From the human T2T-CHM13v2.0 reference genome, Homo sapiens, in NCBI RefSeq assembly GCF_009914755.1, contig NC_060933.1: 64,000 nucleotides of DNA. One strand, 5' to 3'. The position numbers and the translations under genes are program-made. Below, in pieces: positions 31,055 to 43,769 of the stretch. How positions within the stretch are numbered: position 1 is the stretch's first letter; every line of letters starts with the position of its first letter. The notes below the pieces were generated by a model. It saw only the letters and a list, made by a program, of their open reading frames with translations. It did not search any database and had not been told where the DNA came from.

Positions 31055-31138
31055 CCTTTTCTTTTCTCTCTCCTTTCCTTCCTTCCTTCTTCCCTCCCTT
31101 TCTCCCTCCTTCCTTTCCTCCTCCTTCCTTCCTTTCTT
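31055..31138. repeat. 84-nt pure pyrimidine (CCTT-like) tract
   Basis: Only C and T from 31055 to 31138. Confidence 0.95.
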
Positions 31139-31342
31139 AAACTCCTTGGAAAATTTCTTACACACATTGTAAATGTAATTTGCTTCCCTTTCTCCTTTCT
31201 ATTTATAAAGGAAGCTGACCCAGAGAGCCTCCAGCTACATTTCATAAACCACCAACCCACTGGATTTTATAGCTATAGTCAGTGTAGTAACAATTCAGTG
31301 TCACAAATAATGTCATACTACTTGCTAGGGCCTTCAAAACAA

Positions 31343-31630
31343 TTTTTTTTTTTTTTTTAGAGTCAGGGTCTTGCTCTGTCGCCCAGGTGACCACGACTCA
31401 CTGCAAGCCTCAAACTCCTGGGATCAAGCTATCCTCTTGCCTCAGCTTCCCATGTAGCTGAGACTACAGGTGAATGCCACCATGCTCAGCTAATTTTTAA
31501 AATTATTTTTAGTAGAGATGAGGTCTTGCTATGTTTCACAGGCTGGTCTGAAACTCTTGAGCTCAAGCAATCCTCCCATCTCTGCCTCCCAAAGTGTTGC
31601 GATTATAGAAGTGAGACACTATGCCTGGCC
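31343..31630 (-). mobile_element. AluJ
   Basis: agtcagggtcttgctc, ctcttgagctcaagcaatcctccc (J diagnostics). Confidence 0.9.
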
Positions 31631-34281
31631 AAAGGTTTTTGCTCTTTCCCCAGGTGAAATTTGTAAGTCAGTTATTTAAATATAATCAATAGACAAAAAG
31701 TGAGAGAGTGAGAATTGATAACAATTGAGTTACATTGTGTCCAGTTTGCAAATGAAAAAAAATCTTGATGAATGTAACATGCAAATCTATTATGAACTTT
31801 CTAAGTCAATGTGAATAATTGCTTCAATATTCCTTTTAGGATTTGCTACTATATACTTTTCCATATTTTTTGCAAGTTATGATTTTCTAACATTCTTTAT
31901 ACCAACAGTTCTCCATCCTAATAATAATGACAGTTTAAATAAGCACATGAGATTGGTAAAAATGAATTTTATAGAATTATTAAGTTGCTTACCTTACAAT
32001 TTGAGGGAGGTTATTCAGTAAATGTTTTTCAGAACTAAAAAAAAAAAGTTGTTATTTCTCTGATAAGAAGCAATAAAATATATGCATCTTTTTCATATTT
32101 GCCATTTTCTTAATTTTTTTCATATAGCTTGTTTTGCATTAAGTCTTGAGTGTACATTTATTAAGAATTATTTAAGCACTGGAGCATTGTTAGAGTTCCC
32201 TGATTTAAAATATAAAAATTTTTGTTCATATAACAAACCTCAAATATTTGGCACCTAAACAATGGCATCTTTAAACAAATGAAATTCTAGGGAATACAAA
32301 ATTTGCAGGCAGAATTTTGGAAGCACTACTGAGAAAAGCCAAAGAAATGTCATGATTGGTCAGGTCGCTGTAAGATCAAAGTGTCCTGACATTGGCTGGA
32401 AAGACAAGCATGCAACTAAACCCATTCTGGCACATGAGGTCACAGTACAAATGAGTGTTGAAGCTGCACCAAAGAGAAGAAGGAAAACAATGATGAGCAG
32501 GAAAGAGAAGGAGACAGGAGTAGGAGGAAGGAGAAATATCAGTGATAAGGGAAGAAGAGTAAAAACATGATTGGTATAAGCTACACCATTTTGAAAAAAG
32601 CGAAAATAAAACATTAACAAAGGAAAGCAGACAGACAATGGTGTGGAAAAAGAAGAAACAAAGATATGGAAGATCAAAACCAAGCAAAAAAGGAATTTTA
32701 TCCAGGACATCCTCCTATGGTATAATGCCTGAATATTAAGGAGTAACTCCATTTAGTCAAGTTAGTACAACGCTAGCAAATAGAGGCACTATTTGAAAAG
32801 AGGAAAACTAACATTCGTTGAGTGCCTAATCAATTGCAAAACATTTTGTCTCATGAATTACTCCATTGTTCCTTAATGGCAGTTCTGTTAGTCACTGTCA
32901 TCACGACTGTGTTTACAGATTAGAAAACGAAGCCGCAGACAAACTTTAAGTAACCTGTCCAAGATGACAGCCTTGTAAAATGAGAAATTAGATTAATATG
33001 TAGCTGTTTTCAAGAATCATGGTTCAATTATGCCATTTTGCTCCTATCTTATGTTTATATTACATCAAAGATGACATTGATATAGTCAAACTTCCTTCTC
33101 ATCAATTCCCTCAAACTCTTTATGTAATAAAAACAACTATGTATGTCCTTTGTAATACCTTTCATCTTGTCTCATGTTCCTTCAGAAATAGGATTAACTG
33201 GTACGTAGGTATACAAGACTCCTTGATTATTAACAGTCTTGGCATTGGTGTTGGGTTTATGTCCTTGATGAAGAAATGCCTGTCAATTTTGGCCAAAAAG
33301 TACAAATTGAAATCATCTTCCTGGATTTCCAAAATGATAGTAGACATTTAAAACTCTATGTTTATCTAAACACTTTGAGTATATCTTCATGATAAATGCC
33401 ATGTGACATTTTATGATACCAGTCACAGAAATGTAGCTTTCAACACTCAAATCGTATTACACTAGCCATATTAGCTAATTTATATATTCTATCATGGATT
33501 TTAGATTTTGTGATGGCAAAATGGCTCACTGAAATTGTTAACAGTAGGTTTACAAAGATCTGATTCTCATTAGGTTGGTCCTGATGGATTTACAGGCATA
33601 GGGCATATGACCCATACTTATGTTTAAGGCTAGATGCATAAATAAACTTTAAGATTAGAGAGAGAAGATTATTGTATTTTCACATTTTTTTTGATAATTA
33701 AAGCCAAGATTTCCCCCCCTAAATTGCTACTTGCATTATTTATTAGAAAATTACTTTGAAAGCAATGGTTGCTCGAAGTATTATAGGAAAGGAAAATTGA
33801 GTATTGAACAAAATTTACGTAAAATAAAATGAATACTAAAACATGTAGGAGAAAACTGTTTCATATCTCAGAGACAAACATCAATACTAAAATTTGTGTC
33901 TTTCATATATAATATCTGTGAGCTAATAAAAGTGGTAAGCCTGTCAAAACAATTGGAACTCTCCTTCAATGTGTAGCATAATCAAATACAATAACCATGA
34001 GGAATACACCATATAATGATATCAACAGTGTGAAGAAATTTATTCCATTTTATTTGTTTTTCATAGAAATGTAACATTCTAGAGGTGGTAGGATATAAAG
34101 CAGATGCACTTTAAGTTTAAATTGTAAGTGGGGAAACAGATGAGTCATGTAATTTGCCAAAGGCCATCAAGCAATTGAGATGATCCAAGACTAAAACCTA
34201 GGACATTTCATTTCCAGTCAGATCTTTCCCATTGTTTCTGCTAAGATAGAAGAAAGTGTTTCTGTATATAAACAGGAGCTA

Positions 34282-34590
<309 letters not shown>

Positions 34591-34888
34591 CTACTTATTA
34601 ATGTTTTCAAATCAGTAATAGACATATAGGGTAGCAAAGCCCTGGTTTTATTGTTTGTTCACACCTGACATCTAAATTTTGACATTGAATTACATTAATA
34701 CTGTTGCCTCCATGGTGGAAGTTAACTGTAGGAGAAGTCACGATACCTCGATTAAGTGAAAAATACGTAGAGTTTATCTTGTTAGCAACAAGACTCTTTT
34801 TAGAGACAGAAAAGGTATAGCTACTCTGAACTTGAGCACCCCAGAAAAGGGTTCATTGGAAGAATAAAAAAAAGTTGTGTAAACTGAG

Positions 34889-35282
34889 TATGTTAGGTCA
34901 TTCTTGTGTTTCTATAAAGAAATATTTGGAGCTGGGTAATTTACAAAGAAAACAGGTATAATGGGCTCATGGTTCTGCAGGCTATACAAGTGTCTGCTTC
35001 TGGTGAGGGCCTTGGGAAACACAATCATGGTGGAAGGCAAAGGGGGAGCAGGCATCTCACATTACCAGAGTGGGAATAAGAGAGCAAGGAGGGAGTTCTA
35101 CACACTTTCAAACAACTAGATCTTGTGAAAACTCACTCATCACCAAGGAGATGGTGCTAAGCCATTCATGAGGGATATGCCCCCTTGATCTAAACACCTC
35201 CCACCAGGCCTCCCCAACCTCCAACACTGAGGATTACATTTCAACTTGAGATTTGGAGGAGAAAAATATCCAAACTATCTCA
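34889..35282 (-). mobile_element. MSTB-like solo LTR
   Basis: ...ggctcatggttctgcaggct...gtgctaagccattcatgaggg...atccaaactatctca; 5-bp TSD ctgag / ccgag. Confidence 0.9.
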
Positions 35283-35829
35283 CCGAGGAAACTGCAGCCA
35301 TGATATGGCCAATGGCACAGGAAAATTGTTTTTCCTCCAGCATTACCAATGATAATTTACCTTGCAAATAGAATGACCAAGTGCAAGTTCCTTTCCATAG
35401 AAATCATTTAGCAAGGGAACAGCACCTGTTCAAGAATCTGTGAATTTCTAAGGGAAAATTTACATCTTTATTTTTTTACATCTTGAAGATTTAGCATTTT
35501 CTTTAATCATGACTGTAGCTCTAACCGCAGTAATATTAGAAGCACCTAGTCATTAATATAAATCAGATATTTTTATATCACCTTACAGTTTATTAACATA
35601 TTGTTTACATTAAAGTGTATTATTTAATGTATTGACATATTTTAAAAACATTTTGATTACATTTGAATATACTAGTTTTTTCATTCTGTACATTTATTTA
35701 TTTAAAAACATTAGTTTGAGAGACGTTTTTAGACTGACAACTAATCCATTGTGCAAGAAAGATGGAGAATTTCTGATCTAGTCTAACTGCCCTAATCCAA
35801 AACATCTTAATCTCAGTCCTAGTTAATTA

Positions 35830-36478
35830 TTATTTTCCTCACTGATTTTACTCCTTCCATTCTTGTTACTCTAGAATCAATTCTACTTCAAATACCAGGG
35901 TCTCTTTAGAATATGTAAGTACTGTCTCACTCACTCTCTTGCTAAAAATCTTCTGATGCTTTCCCAGTACACTGACTCAAGTCCACATTCCAAACCATAG
36001 TCCAAATGCCACACATCTAGTTTCTTCCAGTTTCTCTGACCTGACCAATTACGCTTTTCTTTACCTACTCTCCTGGCTTTCTTTGTATGCCTCTGTCATA
36101 AATTTGATATTGTCTATGGCCTTTGTTTGGCTTTGGTCCTTAGTGCTGGCTGGAATTCTCTCCTCCAAACGCTTCTCCCTACCAGATACTTGTATGGCTT
36201 CCTTCAAACCCACCAGGTTTCAACTCAAACACCACCTCCCAACATTATCCTTGATTACCCAAACTAAAGCAGCTCTTTCTTCCCCAGGTCCCTGTGTCAT
36301 GTCACAGAATTGGCTTCAGAATTGTTCCCACCACCTGAAATTATCTTCATATCCACATATCTATTATATTTCTTGTTCAAGAGTATAAATTCTAAGAGGG
36401 CAAAGACTTGCCTGTTTGGCCTACCACTTTAAATTCTGCAGTACATAATGGGAATCGTATAAATATTTTTGACTGAGC
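35830..36478 (+). mobile_element. L2 3' relic
   Basis: tcactctcttgctaaaaatcttctgatgcttccc...agagggcaaagacttgcctg...ataaatatttttgactga. Confidence 0.6.
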
Positions 36479-38444
36479 CTCATTAGTTTATTGATGAGGA
36501 AACTAGGGCACAGGGTGCCTGATGAGTTTCCTTGTCATTTCATATCATAATGCAGACACTGAAAACACCTGTAATTAAACTTTTAATGGTCTGCTGGTAT
36601 TTTATTTTTGATTACAGTTAAACAAATTATTCTATTATTGAAAAATACAACTTCTCTTGTATTGAATGAGCTTTTAGTGATTTGTCACACTACCTCCTAA
36701 AAGCTTACTCACCTAAGCACAAAACCCCAATTATTTTTACAGCACTGGTTAATTTTCTCTAAAATTTTTCTGAAATTGATGTCCCAGTTTCTGAAACTGT
36801 ATCTTCTTAGGCATAGATTGTTCCTTGGATCATTTTTAGAATAATAGTGCCCTCTATGTTTAACCAACATTAGATAGTCCACCAAAGACTTCTTGGAAGG
36901 TTTTTAAAAGACAACTCATTGTTTATTTAGTCTCTGGTTACATTAAAAAATGAAACTCTATACTACAATTATAGTTTAATTTCAAGACCATTGATTTGTT
37001 TAGTTGCCAAGCTTTTGTAAATACTTGAATATATATTTCATTAGCTTGCCATTCATTTAGAGTTGGAAAAGTTAGAATTTCCTCTGCATGGAAAGAATCT
37101 GCTCTACTAGATCCAGTTTGTTTATTTTCTTGAAATAGTTGATGCAAATAAACAGTCTAGTTGAAAACAGGACTTTGGCTGGTCTTTAAAGCCAGCTGAA
37201 CTAATAAACCAACTTGTCAGTGCTATTCTCCCAGATCATATTTTCCCTTGATGCTGTTGAACTATAGGGACACTCATTTATTATAGGATTTGCGTTCGTA
37301 ATACCAGTCAAATCATCTGAAAATCTAGATCTTTTGGACAAAGTAATAAACAGATGACCTAAGTGGGATTACACTTTTACAAAAGAGCTTTCTCTGCTTT
37401 AGTTCCAGATATGGTTGGTTTTCAGCCTGGTAGTGTGATCAAAGTCAGATATCTCTGGAACAGAGTGAAGGAAACTAATGACTGCCACACAGGATAAGCA
37501 ATAGGCAAGTCAGGCAGGTATGCAGAGTTGTCATGGACACAGTGATGATTATGTTTCATGTTGTTAAAATAGTAAGAGTGAATCTGGACGGTAAAAAACC
37601 GAGTCATGCCAGAGCACTTGAGTCAGCTATGTGTATGCCTGCTAGGGAGTTTTCCTTTGTTCTGCATAGAGGCAGTCAGCTTACTTTAGTGGCTTTTCCT
37701 TGCATGGCATAATCACCAGCTATGTGATTAACCATGTCTAGTTAAGTTATTTCATCACATCAAAAGTAGTGTAAAATAGCTCTTCTGTTGACTGGAAAGC
37801 TGAGTTCAGTGGTTATGAATGTACCAGACATCAAAGAGCTCCATTATCCACAGACTATATGGAAGCAGGCCAGCAGCATTCAAAGTTTCCCCTCTATTGC
37901 TCTTTCCTTTAAGTGGAGTCAGCACCTACTAGACTGGAGGGAAGGAAGTGATTTCCATAATAATCCATTCCTGCACTCTTTAACCAAATAGGAAGGATGG
38001 TGACCAGCTGTTCTGTATCTCCACCAAAGGCAGATAAAGGGGAAAAAATGTGTTCATTTTATAACAGGAAGACACCACTGGGTACTGGCTAGAAAAAAGA
38101 GAAAAAGCTTCTAATTCTGGCTTTTACCGCTATTAAGTTCTACAATTATGGCTAAATTGTTTAGCTTCTCTTGAAGCATCTCTGAAAGACTAGAACTAGT
38201 TTCAATAATCTGGAAAGTTCTTCAGGGCACAAATCATATGCAATTTTAAATATTTGATTCTATGTGTTACCTAAACTTGAAACAAGTGAATGAAAAATAT
38301 CCAAATATCAACTCCAGGAAAATTTTAGTATAGGGAATACAAACCATGTCAAAATGTGCCTTGAGAGTGCAAAAAAAAAATACTCAATAAAGTCTAAGTA
38401 GATTATCCTGATGATTACAAGTGCTCACATTTTTAATGTATGCT

Positions 38445-38640
38445 TATCTCAGCTTGGGTTCCCCAGAAGCAAATCCTGGGATGAGGTTTCGTACAAAAGT
38501 GATTTATCAGGAAGTGTTCCCTGGAAAAATTGGTGGGAATATGAGAAAATGGGATGCTGAAGGGAAAGAAAAACAAAAGTGTAATATCAAGCAAAATGCT
38601 ATAACATAATCAGTTCAATCCTCCAGAGAAATAGAATTGA
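38445..38640 (-). mobile_element. ERVL LTR fragment (LTR16/LTR33-like)
   Basis: tctcagcttgggttccccagaagcaaatcctgggatgagg...gtgatttatcaggaagtgttccc. Confidence 0.55.
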
Positions 38641-41494
38641 GATTCAGGCCATGTTTGGGAAGAAAATGATAGGAAAATCCAATAGAGGAGTGATATAAAA
38701 TAAAAACTATGTTTCCTTATCAGAATAGTTTGTTTCCAGATTTCATTAGATAAGACGATTCTAACAAGTTAAAGTCTTCTGCTTCAGGTATACATAGATA
38801 TTGTATTATCTCACCAATACCTACTTTATCATCATTAAGCAGGAATTATGCTCTGATGGCAGCTTCCAACTTGGATCATTACTATTAGATAAGAGCAAGA
38901 TGTCAACAGCATGATAGAATTCCTGAAAACTCATGGTGCCTTGTGTAAGTTTTACAAAGCATCCAAGAAAAAAAAAGTAACATGCAACAAATGAAATTAA
39001 CATTTCTTATGTTATTCTTCCTTTGTTCCCTGTAGATGTAAAAATCTGGAACCAAAACTCTGAGGAATTTAAGATTAATTCCATAAAAAGCAAGTCTGAG
39101 TTCCTACCTTTTTTTTTCTCATATTTCATACAAGAATGGCTGAAGTAAATGTTTCTTCACTTTTTAATAACATCAATGTGCCAAAAATATACTTAAAAAT
39201 GATTCATTAATTTGTTACATCATACTGTAAGAATTTTTCCCATCTATTTTGTCCAAGGACAAAATGACTAACAAAGCATGATGTTGCACTTACATGCTTC
39301 TTGATAGCAACCCAAGCTCCAATTCATTAAATATATTCTGATATTTGATTCTTAATCCAGTATCTTCTTATTTGTTTTATGTCTTCAAAAAGTTGAAAAG
39401 AATCCCATTCTTCATCTTCTCCTCATCTTTACTTTAAAATTCAACCTCCACCTGGACATTGACATGAAAATGCCCTTCCCTAGAACCCTTTAAGAACAGC
39501 ATAAACAGTTTGCCTGAATAACAAAAATAGCAAATGAGTAAGGTAAGGTGGCAGGTGAATTCTGAGAGGACGAAATGTAAGGAGAAATTGACAACATCTA
39601 AGATTGGCTAGGATATAAAAGGATTATAGCATGGAGGGAAGAGACATTTGTGGGAACATTATTTTCAGATGGATGCAGCAAAAGTGGGGCTGGGTGATTG
39701 TTATGGTTACTTTGTTGTTGGTTTAATAATGTTGCGGCCAAATGTATACAAAAATGGCCATTCTATTTTTAACTTGGGAAACTTACTTATTCTCAAATTA
39801 TTGGTACCTTCACCCTGTAAGATGGGCTAAAGATATTTACCTTGAAGGGTTTTCGTAAAAACTAATGTGCGCAGAGTGCTTAGCATACCTAAAACATTAG
39901 ATAAATAGTAGCTTCTGTTTTTATCTTTTGGCTGTGACATAAGTACTAGTGCTTCATTTGATATAATTGTGTTCCTCTTTGCCATTGTCCTATTATGGAA
40001 TATTGTAAGAACAAGAAAGCTGCCTTATTGATCAAAAAGAATTGCACACTTTAACATTTACATATCAACGTCTATGAAGCAGTTTGTGGCACATATTGAG
40101 ACCTTAAATTAAGATGATGTTTAAATAGATGGTAATCTAGTAAAATAAGCAGTTAGAAAAATTAGTATCAGTCAACCAAGGTAAGAAATTTTTACTTTGT
40201 CACATACTCATCGCATGAGATGTTCCTGCAGGATATGACCATTGTCATCTTCCATAAGCTTATCAATCCAATTGATTAGTTATAGCCCTATTAGGGCACA
40301 TAATTGTGTCTAGTAGTGTTTTCATAGTTACTCTAGTAAGTAGTCATCCAGATTTCTTCTGCAAGTTGTGGAATTTAACACTGTTTTGTTAATGATTAGT
40401 GAAAGTATTATTTTCATGTGAGAAGGATAAAATATTCCAATTTGAAAATGTATCCAAGTAGAATTTATAGTAACATTATAACTTTCTCTTTCTTTTGTCC
40501 TATTAGGCAGTTAAGTTCAAGTAACCACAGGGCTTTTGCTCTTAAAGAGATCTGGCTCAGAATGAATACCAGGTTGAAGAGGCTGAGACAGAGCAGACTT
40601 GCTGAAGGATTTGGGGGATATTTAGGAATAATGTTAAAAATAAAAAAAGCCTTAGTTGTTGGTGAAGCCAGAGAGACAGGAGAAGAAACATGCTGGTTGT
40701 GCCGGGAGTTTAGCTATTCTGTCTCATATAATCCTCACATCTTTCAGAAGATAAAAGGGATACTCAAGCAGTTAAGTAACTTGCCTGGGGTAAACGGTTG
40801 TCAGAATTCACTTTCAGCAGTGTCTGACTCCAAAGCCTTGTTTTTCCCTCTGTATCTTTTTCTATACTTCAATTATTAAAAGAATTTCTTATTTTAAAAT
40901 GTATTTAGCTCCGCATTTTTAGATATGTTTGTATCCCTGGAAACCAAATGACAGAGGGTTTGTCTTCTTGAGGGTACTGTTTTATCCTACAACATCAGTG
41001 AAGCACCCTGCTCATATATTACTGTCATAAGTCTCTGGCAGGTATGCCAAGTTATCTTCCTTTTCCTGAAGCATGGAAGGGAAAACAAAAGGTGTTGGCA
41101 GGTTAAACAGAGGCAAGAGAGCCAGAAAAGAGAAGGCAACTGTCAGACAGCAGGATAAGATTGGCAAATGAGAAGAATTACATAGCAGGTGAACAGAAAG
41201 ACTTGAAGGAGCACAAATTGATGCTAATAGAAGTATGGAAAAGCAGGGGTTATTAGACCTTTGATACTTGTTAAAAGTCAAATATATTTTGATTATTTGG
41301 TGAAGAAAATTGTAAAACAGCCCTTCAGTGACTGTGAGTGAGAGAATTGTGTTTCACTTCCCTGAGTTCATTGGTTTATATTGATGTATGAGGTCTCTTA
41401 ACATATTAACACAGGCATTTCACCACTGCACTTTTCTACACTAACTGAGAAAGCCAACTCCATGAATCTCATCTTTTAGCACCATAATGTTTTC

Positions 41495-41930
41495 TAACCA
41501 ATCATGTCAAAACTCAATGACTTAAAACAATAAGCAAATCTGTGGGTTAATAGGACAATTTTTCATATCCAACTTTGTGGGAATTGTTCCCATGTTATAG
41601 GGGACGGCTGGCTTTTGGCTAATCTGGGATGGCCTTGCATAGAATGACTGCTGTGACTTGGCTCTGTTCCTGTCTTTCCTCCTCAAGCAGCCGTGCTCTT
41701 ATTTTATATGGGCAAAGTGCAGAAGCAGGTAAATCCCGTATGTACACACTTTCCAAGCCTCCCCTTGGCCATGTTTGTTAACATTCCATTGGTCAAAGAA
41801 AATCACCTAGTCAAAGCCAAAGCCACAGCCAGAGTAGTGGGAGGGCTCTACACAGATAGATGGCAAAGACAGACATTCAGAGGAGAGCAGAGACTCTGAA
41901 ACGTTGTTGTGACCTACAACATGACATTTG
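41495..41930 (-). mobile_element. Old MLT1-type LTR
   Basis: aaaactcaatgacttaaaacaataa...ttaacattccattggtcaaagaaaatcacctagtcaaagcc. Confidence 0.55.
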
Positions 41931-42049
41931 GACACACATTTTAAGTTTCTGCCGAGGCCAAAACAGACTGAAACAGCAGAACACACATATCTAGGAAAAC
42001 ATATGCAAACCAAGAATTTCACCAAATATAAGTCACAATCTGCAAAACC

Positions 42050-43750
42050 ACATTGTTTCTAATAGCAAAAGCAACACAACTGCCTTTGATTTTTTTTCTT
42101 AACAGAGAAAGAGATAGGGGATGTGTAGCTCTGACTTTAAAAGTTACTGCATTTACATTTATTGTAGTCACTGATGTATTTCTATCATTATGTATTCTGA
42201 CTTTTATTTACTGCTATTGTGATTCATTTTATCTTTCTTGATTAACATTTTAATTTTTTTTATTTTTTTCATGTCTGGTTTAGAGGAGATACATTCTATT
42301 TAATTTCAAAAACTTCTAGCAAACATGCTTATCTTAATATTTTACCCAATGTAGAATTAAACAAACCACATCCTCCTTCTTAAAGGTCTACCTCAGTATT
42401 CTTCAACCACCTCATGAAATCACTCTGTCTTATTATATATTATTTTCTAAAATTTAGTTCAAGTATGTTTTTAAATATTCCAAAGGTTGTTGTTTATAGT
42501 TAATATTGCATTATTTATATTTTTGAAACTCCCCTGCTTAAAATGTTTTAATAGTTTCCAGCTGTGTTATAATTATAAATATTTCTTTAAAATTTTTGAA
42601 GAGGAAAACATAAATAGGATATAAAAGAAGATGTTATAAAATTCAGAAGGTCTCCTATTCTGCCATAGACTCCAAATCCCCATTTTAGAAGCACACGTTA
42701 GCATTTATATATGTTCCTACATATTTTACACAAATATTTGTCTACATACCTATTTGTGTGTTTGTGCGTGTGTGTATGAATATTTTTCTTTGATTTATTA
42801 ACAAAGAGACTATTACATAAAATATACTGTCTTGAATAGCCCTTTTCATAGCTTACTTCACAGTATTACTCTTTGCAAATATTACTTCCTCTTCAAATTA
42901 TTATTGTAATTTTTTCACATTTAAATGCAGTATATAAAATTCAGCTCATTCTTTTGATTTGCTATTCCATTATAATAATGTACCATAACTTATTTAACAG
43001 AGTTTCCTATTAATGGATATTCCATTTGTTTTCCATCTTACACTTAGATGCTGCAATGTATAATGTCTGTTCCCTGACAATGATAAATCAATCTTTTTGA
43101 TTTTTGCCGGATTGATGGGTAAAATTGGGAATTTTATAGTTTTAATTTGCAATTTTAATATGAGTCACAGAGTATCTTGTAATATGCCTAAAGCTATCTG
43201 CATTTCATTTTTATTTTTAAATAAATTGGCTGTTCATATTATTTCCCCATTTTTATATGGGTTATTGGTCTTATTAACTATATGTGATTACTGACTAATA
43301 AAGGATATTAGCTATTTTCTGTAATGTAAAAAACAATATTATTTTTCATTTTACAATTTGCCTTTGGCCTTTGCCTATATATGTTTTATAATATATTTTT
43401 TAAAACTTTAAATGGTAAAATTGGTCAATAAAATAGATGATTCCTGCATTTTTGAAAATATTTTGAAATGTTTTACCAATTCTAAAATTATTTTTCAATT
43501 TCTTGTTTCCTTCTAACAAATTTATAATTTACTTTTTCATATTTAAATATTTGATCTGTATGAATATTTCTTGGCATAAAACCATTGTGATAACACCCTC
43601 CCATGTTATCACAATGTATTTATTACATAATCTAATTTTTTCTGCACTGATGTGAAATTGTACTTTCATAATGAATGCATGCACATACACATATACACAT
43701 ATGCGGAATTATGTATGAATTTTCTGTTCTGTTTCATTAATCTGTTATTA
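42050..43750 (-). mobile_element. Ancient L1ME-type fragments
   Basis: Degenerate L1 3' motifs on the minus strand (ataatgtaccataacttatttaac...cctattaatggata; ttgcctttggcc; tctgttctgtttcattaatct). Confidence 0.55.
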
Positions 43751-43769
43751 GCAAACACCTTAATATCCT

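Noticed and set aside
32352-32752. Overlapping ORFs including a 130-aa hydrophobic, membrane-like ORF on the minus strand
   Set aside because: The hydrophobicity follows from the A/G-rich plus strand (T/C-rich codons). There is no recognisable domain and no splice or promoter context.
40170-40190. Strong donor CAAG|GTAAGA and scattered acceptor-like sites (12058, 39035, 53388) as lncRNA exons
   Set aside because: They could not be paired into convincing exons from sequence alone, and isolated splice-like motifs are expected by chance in 64 kb.
40418-40879. 153-aa ORF, the longest outside obvious young TEs
   Set aside because: It starts at GTG, its 3' part runs through a MIR-like relic (gttaagtaacttgcctggggt...gtctgactccaaagcc), and it shows no protein family resemblance.
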